From Candidatus Adlerbacteria bacterium (GTDB taxonomy: Bacteria > Patescibacteriota > Minisyncoccia > Phycocordibacterales > SBAW01), in contig JAQBRA010000002.1 of NCBI GenBank assembly GCA_028286685.1, positions 1,073-65,072 on the forward strand: DNA of 64,000 bases, read 5' to 3'. Positions 1 through 7,101 of the stretch are shown piece by piece. Within the stretch, counting starts at the first letter, position 1, and each line of letters starts with the position of its first letter. A model generated the notes under the pieces. It was given only the letters and a program-made list of their open reading frames with translations. It did not search any database and was not told the DNA's origin. A program made the translations under genes and the position numbers.

Positions 1-2224
1 ATTGCGCGCCGATGTTGCTGGTCATGATAATGATCGTATTGCGGAAGTTGACCCGGCGGCCCTTGGAGTCGGTCAGCGTACCGGCATCAAGCACCTGCAA
101 GAGGATATTGAATACTTCCGGGTGCGCTTTCTCGATCTCGTCAAAGAGCAGCACCGAATACGGCCGGTGGCGCACCAGCTCGGTAAGCGATCCGCCTTCG
201 TCGTGACCCACGTAGCCCGGAGGCGCGCCGATAATCTTGGAGACGCTATGCTTCTCCATGTACTCGGACATGTCGACGCGTATGAGCGAGCGGTCGTCGT
301 CGAACATAAACTCCGCCAAGGCGCGCGTCAGTTCGGTCTTGCCGACACCAGTCGGTCCCAGGAACATAAACGAGGCGATCGGCCGGTTCGGGTCGGAGAT
401 GCCCGCGCGCGAGCGCTTGACCGAGTCGGCAATCTTTTGCACCGCCTCGGGCTGGCCCACTACTCTGCCCTGCAATACTTCCTCGATGCGCATGAGCTTC
501 TGCGCCTCCTCCTCGAGCATGCGCGAGACCGGGATACTGGTCCACTTGGACACCACCGCGGCAATATCGGCCTCGGTTATCTCTTCTTTGAGTATGCGGC
601 GGGTCGACTGCAGCTTCTTGAGCCGCTTCATCTTCTGCTCCAGCTCGCGCTCCATAGCCGGTATCTCGCCGTAGCGGATCTCCGCGGCGCGCGAGAGCGA
701 AGCGGAGGCCTCGGCGGTCTCAGCCTCTATGCGCAGGCTTTCAAGCTCTTTCTTTATTGATTTTATATCGCCCAGGGTCTGCTTCTCGTTCTTCCAGCGC
801 TGCTCGAGCTCGTGCGTGGCCTCCTTAAGCTCGGCTATGTCGCGCTCGATAACTTTGACGCGCGCGGCGGCTTTGCTGCCGGCAGGCGTGCTCTTGCGTC
901 CTGCCTCACCTTCAAGGTCGGCTTCCTTGCGCAAGGCTTCCTTCTCTACCTCGAGGCGCATAATCTTGCGATGCGCGTCCTCGAGCTGGGGCGGCTTGTT
1001 CTCCAGGGAAATGCGCAGCGCGGATGCCGCCTCGTCTATAAGGTCAATGGCCTTGTCAGGGAGAAAACGGTCCGGAATGTAGCGGGAAGAAAGCTCTACC
1101 GCGGCCACCAAGGAGTCGTCGGTAATATGCACCCCGTGGAAGAGCTCGTACTTTTCCTTAAGTCCGCGGAGTATCGCTATCGCATCCTCAACGGACGGCT
1201 CGAGAACATAGACCGGCTGGAAGCGCCTCTGGAAGGCCGGGTCGCGCTCGATGTGCTTCTGATACTCGCGCAGGGTCGTGGCGCCTATCATGTGAAGCTC
1301 GCCGCGCGCCAAGGCCGGCTTGATCATGTTGGAGGCGTCCATGGCGCCATCTGCGGCACCCGCACCCATCATGGTGTGTATCTCGTCGACAAACAGGAGA
1401 ACCTTCCCTTCCGAGCGCTCTATCTCTTTCATGATGGCCTTGAGCCTTTCTTCGAACTCGCCGCGATATTTGGTGCCGGCAATGAGTGCGCCCAAGTCCA
1501 AAGACACCAGCTCTTTGTCGCGCAGGGAGTCCGGCACGTCGCCCGAGGCGATGCGCGCGGCCAGGCCTTCAGCGATCGCGGTCTTGCCCACGCCGGCCTC
1601 GCCGATGAGTATCGGATTGTTCTTGGTGCGGCGCGAGAGTATCTGGATTACACGCTTGATTTCCTCGTCGCGACCGATGACCGGGTCGATTTTGTTCTGC
1701 GCCGCCATTTGCGTGAGCGAGCGCGTATATTTCTGCAGCGCGCGGAACTTCTTGGGCTGCTCGGTCGAGGCCTGCTTGGTGGAGCGCAAGTCCAGGAGCG
1801 CGCGGGTGATAGCGTCGCGCGTGATGCGGAAGCGCGAAAGGAGCTCGCGCGCAGCGCCCGGCACGTCCAAAAGGGCTATAAAAAGATGCTCGGTCGAGAC
1901 GAACTCGTCGTGGAGCTCGGTCGCGATCTTCGCGGATCGCTCCAGCGCCTGCACCAGCTCGGGGGTCAGGTACAGCTGGTAGCTGGGCGAGAGCGTCGCG
2001 CTCGTCGAGGGGCCCTCCAGGGCCTCAAGGGTCGTATCGGTAAGCAAGACGAGGTCTACTTCGAGCTTTTCGAGCACGGAAGCGACCAGGCTCTCCTCTT
2101 GCAAGAGGAGAGCTGCCAAGAGATGCGTCGGGCCCACCTGGTTCTGGCCCCGCTCGACCGCGAGCTCATGGGCCCGGCGGACGGCCTCTTTTGCTTTAGT
2201 GGTGAAGTGATTGAATGGGGGCAT
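1..2224 (-). CDS. clpB: ClpB-type AAA+ chaperone/disaggregase, C-terminus cut by window edge
   Basis: Not in the ORF track because it runs off the left edge. Reverse-strand translation from the ATG at 2224 gives [44 protein letters not shown] (Clp N-domain). Further on are Walker [31 protein letters not shown] and [22 protein letters not shown], with a long coiled-coil M-domain between the ATPase modules. Confidence 0.9.
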   Translation of the reverse strand, partial: MPPFNHFTTKAKEAVRRAHELAVERGQNQVGPTHLLAALLLQEESLVASVLEKLEVDLVLLTDTTLEALEGPSTSATLSPSYQLYLTPELVQALERSAKIATELHDEFVSTEHLFIALLDVPGAARELLSRFRITRDAITRALLDLRSTKQASTEQPKKFRALQKYTRSLTQMAAQNKIDPVIGRDEEIKRVIQILSRRTKNNPILIGEAGVGKTAIAEGLAARIASGDVPDSLRDKELVSLDLGALIAGTKYRGEFEERLKAIMKEIERSEGKVLLFVDEIHTMMGAGAADGAMDASNMIKPALARGELHMIGATTLREYQKHIERDPAFQRRFQPVYVLEPSVEDAIAILRGLKEKYELFHGVHITDDSLVAAVELSSRYIPDRFLPDKAIDLIDEAASALRISLENKPPQLEDAHRKIMRLEVEKEALRKEADLEGEAGRKSTPAGSKAAARVKVIERDIAELKEATHELEQRWKNEKQTLGDIKSIKKELESLRIEAETAEASASLSRAAEIRYGEIPAMERELEQKMKRLKKLQSTRRILKEEITEADIAAVVSKWTSIPVSRMLEEEAQKLMRIEEVLQGRVVGQPEAVQKIADSVKRSRAGISDPNRPIASFMFLGPTGVGKTELTRALAEFMFDDDRSLIRVDMSEYMEKHSVSKIIGAPPGYVGHDEGGSLTELVRHRPYSVLLFDEIEKAHPEVFNILLQVLDAGTLTDSKGRRVNFRNTIIIMTSNIGAQ

Positions 2225-2238
2225 AGTTTTTATGGAGG

Positions 2239-3033
2239 TTAGCTGGCTGCAGGAGCGATGAGATTTGGATTGGGGACGGTGTAGAAATAGGCTCCGGTTT
2301 GGCGCGAGCCGCCGGTGGCAATACCCACCACTTCGCCAAAGAGCGTCATGAGGATGGAGCCCGGTGTTGCCGATGATACGCTCGACTCGATGAGCCCTGC
2401 GTGAGAATCCGGCAGCGACGCTACGACGCCGGTACCGACTGTGTCGCCGCCACCGCCGCCGATGCGTATGACGGACTGGCCAAGCTGGACTTTCGCAGCG
2501 TCAGCAATCGAGGCTGGGGCAAACCCGGTCGACGTGCCTATGGCAATATCAAGCACCGCTATTGCCTGCCCTTTTGCGGCGGGCCGGAGCGTGGCCGGGT
2601 AGCGCTTGCCGTCGGCCAGTATGGCCTCAAGCTGCCTTGAGGCGGAGCTGCTCAGCGCCTCGCGGTCTGCAAACGCAGTACCGCTGCCTGACACGATAAC
2701 GCCGCGAGTAAGCAGGAGGTCGCTGCCCTTCTGGGTGATGCGCACCAGCGACTTCTGCATGCGGGCTATAGACTGCGCGGCCAGGTCGTCGTCTTTGACG
2801 ACCACGGTGCGCTCAGTGACGGTAGTGGCGCTTGCCGCTGCGGTCGCGCCCTGGGTCGCCGGGACTACCTTTTCCACCGTATGCTCGACTATCTGATTGA
2901 TGGTGCGGGTGACCGACGGCGGCGCCTGATTGACCAGGGAGACCGTTACGATACCGGTCGCAATGGAGGTAACGAAACTCACCAAAAGAGTGAGGAGAAC
3001 TATCTGATGTTTGGTGAGATGTTCGAGGTCCAC
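2239..3033 (-). CDS. Membrane-anchored trypsin-like (S1C/HtrA-like) domain protein, probably non-catalytic
   Basis: 264-aa ORF with an N-terminal TM helix ([21 protein letters not shown]). HtrA-like blocks [28 protein letters not shown] and [20 protein letters not shown] are present. By-eye alignment finds no His or Asp of the triad. Confidence 0.5.
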   Translation of the reverse strand: MDLEHLTKHQIVLLTLLVSFVTSIATGIVTVSLVNQAPPSVTRTINQIVEHTVEKVVPATQGATAAASATTVTERTVVVKDDDLAAQSIARMQKSLVRITQKGSDLLLTRGVIVSGSGTAFADREALSSSASRQLEAILADGKRYPATLRPAAKGQAIAVLDIAIGTSTGFAPASIADAAKVQLGQSVIRIGGGGGDTVGTGVVASLPDSHAGLIESSVSSATPGSILMTLFGEVVGIATGGSRQTGAYFYTVPNPNLIAPAAS

Positions 3034-3048
3034 AGCAGCCTTATAATA

Positions 3049-4305
3049 CTACTTTCGGTACCTATTGGCAATTTCAAAAAGTGCTTGTGCAATGCGGCGG
3101 GCCTGGCGCCGGGTAGCATCGGGCAAAAGGGTCAGACGGACCGCTTCTTGGGCCGTTTTCTTGTCGGCGCCAAGCGCCTCTATGACATAGGATGGCTCCT
3201 CGTCGTCGGTACTGCAGGCCGAACGGGTAGAGGCCGCAATGCCTGCGGCATCAAGCGCAATAACGGCCATCTGCCCGTCGAGCCCGGGTATGGAAATACT
3301 GAGGTTGTTTGCGGCCCTATGCTCGCCCGCGGGCCCATGCAGCAAAACATTGGGAATGAGGGCTTTGATTTCCTCGAGCAAGTAGTCGCGCACCTGCGCC
3401 GTTTTTGCCGCGCGCTTGCCCGCTCCCTTCTGCGCGTCGGCCAGAGCGGCGGCAAATGCTGCGGCTGCGGCTGCGTTTTCTGTCCCGGCGCGCTTGCCTT
3501 TCTCTTGTCCGCCGCCCCAGATGACCGGGTCGAGCAAAAGCCCCCGCTTAACGTACAAGCAGCCGATGCCTTTGGGGCCCAAAATTTTCTGCGCATCAAG
3601 CGTCACCATATCGACGCCGAGCTTTTCAACTTTTATATCAAGCCATAGCGGCGCCTGCGACGCGTCGACATGGAAGTACACGGGCAGCTCCCCACCCTTC
3701 TCTTGCCGGTGGGCGCGCAGGCGCCTGACCTCTTTGGCAATCTCGCGCACGGGCTCTACGGCGCCCATCTCGCTGTTTATATATTGCACGGACACGAGCG
3801 CCGTGTCGGGACGGGCAGCTTCCGTGACCGCGTTTGGAAATATAAGACCGTCAGGCTGCACGCCGACAAGCGCAAGCTCGAGCCCTTCGCGCTCAAGCGC
3901 CCGTAGAGGCGCCAGCACCGACTGGTGCTCGATAATGCTCGTTACTGCAGATACTTTTTCCCCGAGACGCAGGCGCGGTCCCAGCGTGCCGGAAATTGCC
4001 AGGTTGTTGGCCTCGGTACCTGAGGCGGTAAAGATTATCTCGTCTGGGTGCGCGCCTATCGAATCGGCGATGCTTTTGCGCGCCGCATCCAGCTCCTTCT
4101 TTGCGGCCAAGGCCTCCTGATGCAGGGCGCCCGGGTTGCCATACAACAGAAGTACGCGCAGCATCTCGCGCCTGGCTTTGCTAGACAGCGGAGTAGCCGC
4201 TGCTGCATCCGCGTAAATTCGCTTCCTTCTAAACCACATGGCTCTACTATGGCCTAGCGAAGCGAGAGAAACAAGCTCGCTTGTTTCCGAGCGAGCGACG
4301 GACAT
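3049..4305 (-). CDS. Cysteine desulfurase (class V aminotransferase, NifS/IscS family)
   Basis: 418-aa ORF with FTASGTEANN, HVDASQAPL, TLDAQKILGPKGIGCLYVKRG (PLP-Lys region) and STRSACS (active-site Cys loop). The start may instead be the ATG at 4239 (MWFRRKR...). Confidence 0.85.
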   Translation of the reverse strand: MSVARSETSELVSLASLGHSRAMWFRRKRIYADAAAATPLSSKARREMLRVLLLYGNPGALHQEALAAKKELDAARKSIADSIGAHPDEIIFTASGTEANNLAISGTLGPRLRLGEKVSAVTSIIEHQSVLAPLRALEREGLELALVGVQPDGLIFPNAVTEAARPDTALVSVQYINSEMGAVEPVREIAKEVRRLRAHRQEKGGELPVYFHVDASQAPLWLDIKVEKLGVDMVTLDAQKILGPKGIGCLYVKRGLLLDPVIWGGGQEKGKRAGTENAAAAAAFAAALADAQKGAGKRAAKTAQVRDYLLEEIKALIPNVLLHGPAGEHRAANNLSISIPGLDGQMAVIALDAAGIAASTRSACSTDDEEPSYVIEALGADKKTAQEAVRLTLLPDATRRQARRIAQALFEIANRYRK

Positions 4306-4333
4306 ATCAGCCCTGCTGTTATATACTGTGTAT

Positions 4334-4861
4334 ATGTCTGCAGCATCTCTTTACCCGTACCTCCTCGTGGCCAAAACGTACCTGACCTTGGCTGCACCCT
4401 ATCTCGCCCTTGCAGCAGCCGTCATGGCATTAGTGCTCTTGGTCATGCAAATTCGGTTGCGTCGCAGGCTTGCCCGGCTCGCGCTGGGCCGCAACGGCTC
4501 TATCGAGGAGACGATCGCGGTACTCATGCGCGACATGAAGGAATTCAAGGAGTTCCGCACCGAGCTTGAGAAATACCTGAAGCTTGCTGAAGGCCGCCTG
4601 CGCGGCACCGTATCGGGCCTGGGGGTCGTGCGCTTCAATCCGTTTACCGGCGAAGGCCAGGGCGGCAACCAGAGCTTTGCGCTCACTCTCCTAGACGAAG
4701 GGGGCCAAGGAGTGGTATTGTCGACCCTCTACGCCCGTGACCGCGTCGGCGTCTACGCCAAGCCCCTTAAGGCATTCGCCTCTACCTACGAGCTGAGCGA
4801 AGAGGAGAAGGCTTCGGTAGAAAAGGCGCGCGAGCAGATGGCTGCGCACCGCAAGGCATAA
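4334..4861 (+). CDS. DUF4446-like membrane-anchored protein
   Basis: Internal ATG of ORF 4238..4861. It has an N-terminal TM segment, then GVVRFNPFTGEGQGGNQSFALTLLDEGGQGVVLSTLYARD, which is typical of DUF4446 as I recall it. Confidence 0.6.
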   Translation: MSAASLYPYLLVAKTYLTLAAPYLALAAAVMALVLLVMQIRLRRRLARLALGRNGSIEETIAVLMRDMKEFKEFRTELEKYLKLAEGRLRGTVSGLGVVRFNPFTGEGQGGNQSFALTLLDEGGQGVVLSTLYARDRVGVYAKPLKAFASTYELSEEEKASVEKAREQMAAHRKA

Positions 4862-4891
4862 ATCAGGTGGAGAGCTTCAACATAAAACCCC

Positions 4892-6400
4892 ATGACCCAA
4901 CCTTCCGCCACATCGGGCTCGCGCCCTCCCATAGTTGCAATCGTCGGCCACATTGACCACGGCAAGTCGACCCTGCTCGACTATATTCGCAACACGAAGA
5001 TTGTGGAGGGCGAGGCGGGCGGCATCACCCAGCACCTCTCCGCCTACCAGGCCGTGCACGAGAACTCCACGGGCAAGCACGCCATTACCTTTCTGGATAC
5101 GCCGGGACACGCGGCGTTTGTGGGCATGCGCTCGCGCGGGCTCGAGGTAGCCGACGTCGCGATCCTCATAGTTTCGGCCGAAGAGGGCTCCAAGATCCAG
5201 ACTCTGGAGGCGATCGAGCTTATCAAGAGCGCAAAGATCCCCTTCGTCGTCGCTTTTACGAAAATAGACAAGCCGGGCGCCGATCTTGAGCGCGCCAAGA
5301 TGTCGCTCTTGGAGCACCAGGTATTCGTAGAAGGCATGGGCGGCGATGTGCCGTGGGTCGGCGTCTCGGGCAAGACCGGCGAGGGCATTCCCGAGCTTTT
5401 GGACCTCATACTCCTTTCCGCAGAACTTGAAGAAATTACTGCAGACCCCACCCTTCCGGGCCGGGGGCTCGTTATCGAAGCGCATACCGAGTCCAAGCGC
5501 GGCAACACCGCGATGCTCATCGTTTTGGACGGCTCGGTTATAAGCGGCAAATACGTTGTCGCCGGCGAATGCATCGCCCCAGTGCGCATCATGGAGAACT
5601 TTTTGGGCAAGCCTATAAAGGAAGCCGTGCCCTCAGACCCTATCCGCATCGTGGGCTTTACCCCGCTGCCGCCGGTCGGCACCCGCTTTGAGGTAGTTGA
5701 AAATAAAAAGCTCGCTGAAGCTGCCGCGGCAGCAAACAAGAACGCGAAGGCCAAGCCCGAGGCCACCGGACCCGCCGAGGCTACTGAGCGCACCGTGCTC
5801 CCCGTCATCATAAAGACCGACGTTGCCGGCACCGGCGAGGCGGTCGCCCACGAGATACAGAAGCTCCCCCAGCACGAGAAGCTCGAGGTGCGCGTGATAG
5901 CGCGCGCCGTCGGAGCTATCAGCGAGGGCGACGTCAAGATGCTCGCCGGCAGCTCCACCCCGGGCATTATCGCTGGCTTTAATGTAAAAATTGAGCCCGC
6001 CGCCCGCGAGCTGGCCGAGCGCCAGGGCGTTACGGTCAATACTTTCGATATCATCTACAAGCTCACCGAGTGGCTCGAGGCCACTATAGAGGAGCGCCGC
6101 CCGCGCGAGGAAGTCGACGAGGTTAAAGTCCGTGCCGCGGTACTTAAGTGCTTCAGCGTGCAGGGCAACCGCGTAGTCCTCGGCGGCCGCGTTGAAGAAG
6201 GTACCCTTACCGAGGGCCAGGAAGTGCGCTTAGTGCGCCGCGAGGAGGAAATCGGCCGCGGCAAGATTATTTCGCTCCAGACCGGAAAGACCCCGGCCAA
6301 GAAAGTCGAGGCGGGCAGCGAGTTCGGCGCGATGCTCAAGACCGATGCCATTCCCGCCTCCGGCGACAAGATCGAGGTGTACACTACGGTCATCAAATAA
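4892..6400 (+). CDS. infB: Translation initiation factor IF-2 (short form, no long N-terminal region)
   Basis: 502 aa with G-domain PPIVAIVGHIDHGKSTLLDYIR, DTPGHAAF and TKIDK, plus C-terminal IF-2 domains. Confidence 0.95.
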   Translation: MTQPSATSGSRPPIVAIVGHIDHGKSTLLDYIRNTKIVEGEAGGITQHLSAYQAVHENSTGKHAITFLDTPGHAAFVGMRSRGLEVADVAILIVSAEEGSKIQTLEAIELIKSAKIPFVVAFTKIDKPGADLERAKMSLLEHQVFVEGMGGDVPWVGVSGKTGEGIPELLDLILLSAELEEITADPTLPGRGLVIEAHTESKRGNTAMLIVLDGSVISGKYVVAGECIAPVRIMENFLGKPIKEAVPSDPIRIVGFTPLPPVGTRFEVVENKKLAEAAAAANKNAKAKPEATGPAEATERTVLPVIIKTDVAGTGEAVAHEIQKLPQHEKLEVRVIARAVGAISEGDVKMLAGSSTPGIIAGFNVKIEPAARELAERQGVTVNTFDIIYKLTEWLEATIEERRPREEVDEVKVRAAVLKCFSVQGNRVVLGGRVEEGTLTEGQEVRLVRREEEIGRGKIISLQTGKTPAKKVEAGSEFGAMLKTDAIPASGDKIEVYTTVIK

Positions 6401-6415
6401 CCCCACCCCTACCCT

Positions 6416-6730
6416 ATGTCCCAACGACACGAACAAATGCAGGAGCGCATGCGCGAAACCGCGGCCGAGTTCTTGGCCCGCGAGTCCAACCGCCAGTCGA
6501 TGGTTACCGTTACTGCTGCTGAAGTGAGCGGCGACGGCAAGCGCGCCCGCATCTACATCACCGTCATGCCCGACGACTACGAGGAGGAGGCGGTCAAGTT
6601 CGCCAACCGCAACAAGCACGAGTTCGGCATGTATCTCCTTAAGAAAGTGCGCGGCATGCGCATCCCGCAGATGGAGTTCGTCATAGACCGCGGCGAGAAG
6701 ATGCGCCAGCGCCTCGACGAGCTTTCGTAA
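6416..6730 (+). CDS. rbfA: Ribosome-binding factor A
   Basis: 104 aa lying directly after infB, the conserved gene order. Contains RbfA-like MVTVTAAEVSGDGKRARIYITV. Confidence 0.85.
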   Translation: MSQRHEQMQERMRETAAEFLARESNRQSMVTVTAAEVSGDGKRARIYITVMPDDYEEEAVKFANRNKHEFGMYLLKKVRGMRIPQMEFVIDRGEKMRQRLDELS

Positions 6731-6761
6731 GCGCCTCTGGTGCGCTAAAGTGTATAAGGTC

Positions 6762-6833
6762 GGCCACGTAGCCAAGTAGAAAGGCGCGGGACTGCAAATC
6801 CTGTATGCGCGGGTGCGATTCCCGCCGTGGCCT
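6762..6833 (+). tRNA. tRNA-Cys(GCA)
   Basis: Cloverleaf by hand: acceptor GGCCACG/CGTGGCC, anticodon stem CGGGA/TCCTG with loop CTGCAAA, T arm GCGGG-TGCGATT-CCCGC, discriminator T. No encoded CCA. The T-loop is atypical (G at position 55). Confidence 0.85.
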
Positions 6834-6837
6834 CAAG
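6822..6837 (+). repeat. Direct repeat DR1 (tRNA-Cys nt 62-73 plus CAAG)
   Basis: CCGCCGTGGCCTCAAG recurs identically at 6990..7005. Confidence 0.9.
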
Positions 6838-7001
6838 GAGAGTATTCGACGCTGGGGCCACGGAGAGAAGCATGGGATGCTTCTCGTCGGGAATCGCAAG
6901 CCGGAGCGGGCCCCATGCCTCTTGGCATGGGAGCGAGGCAGGGCCGTGCGGCACATGATCCAGTGGTATCATGTGAACGCCTGGCCGATCCGCCGTGGCC
7001 T
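6834..7001 (+). ncRNA. tRNA-3'-linked structured element, copy 1 (host tRNA-Cys), full length
   Basis: 22-nt spacer, then GGCCACG (6856..6862, a copy of tRNA nt 1-7) and hairpin 1 at 6865..6885. The 11-mer CGGGAATCGCA (6888..6898) is antisense to tRNA nt 54-64. Conserved blocks follow with hairpin 2 (6912..6931) and hairpin 3 (6952..6975). The element ends GAT+CCGCCGTGGCCT, a copy of tRNA nt 62-73. It has no coding potential, and homologous copies lie at 8003..8133 and 53792..53961. Confidence 0.65.
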
Positions 7002-7005
7002 CAAG
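6990..7005 (+). repeat. Direct repeat DR2 (second copy of tRNA-Cys 3' end plus CAAG)
   Basis: Identical 16-mer to 6822..6837. Confidence 0.9.
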
Positions 7006-7012
7006 TTTATTT

Positions 7013-7096
7013 GCCGGGGTGATGGAATGGTAGACATAGGGGACTTAAAATCCCCAGAGCTAATATCTCGTGTGGGTTCGAGTCCCACCCCCGGCA
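7013..7096 (+). tRNA. tRNA-Leu(TAA)
   Basis: Acceptor GCCGGGG/CCCCGGC, anticodon stem GGGGA/TCCCC with loop CTTAAAA, long variable arm, T arm GTGGG-TTCGAGT-CCCAC, discriminator A. Confidence 0.9.
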
Positions 7097-7101
7097 CCGG
7101 T

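Noticed and set aside
2-2242. Plus-strand ORFs 2..760 (252 aa), 812..2242 (476 aa), 1320..1982 and others
   Set aside because: They are Arg/Leu/Gly-rich with no motifs and lie exactly antisense to an unmistakable ClpB reading frame. They are a typical high-GC antisense artefact.
5044-6054. 336-aa minus-strand ORF over infB (and 4877..5485, 6055..6396, 6230..6775)
   Set aside because: They are antisense to IF-2/RbfA, with Ser/Ala/Pro/Arg-rich low-information composition.
6856-7001. Possibility that the module is just a second tRNA, a tRNA pseudogene, an intron-containing tRNA, tmRNA, SRP RNA, 5S, a T-box or a ZTP-like riboswitch
   Set aside because: There is no D arm, anticodon arm or T-loop, and the 146-nt length and core are conserved across different host tRNAs, which a decaying pseudogene would not show. 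The upstream tRNA is already complete, so an intron is not needed. There is no tag ORF or tmRNA T-arm, no SRP GGAA/AGCA helix-8 motif, no T-box sequence and no downstream regulated gene. The superficial GGGTCGTG...CGCCTG resemblance to the ZTP motif lacks its other elements. This rejection is by eye only, so an Rfam scan is still needed.
6805-7101. N-terminal 99 codons of track ORF 6805..7980, and ORFs 6813..7022, 6745..6972, 6681..6956, 6969..7223
   Set aside because: They read straight through tRNA-Cys, the structured module and tRNA-Leu. The shared peptide fragments with ORFs at 53716..54044 simply reflect the repeated RNA element.
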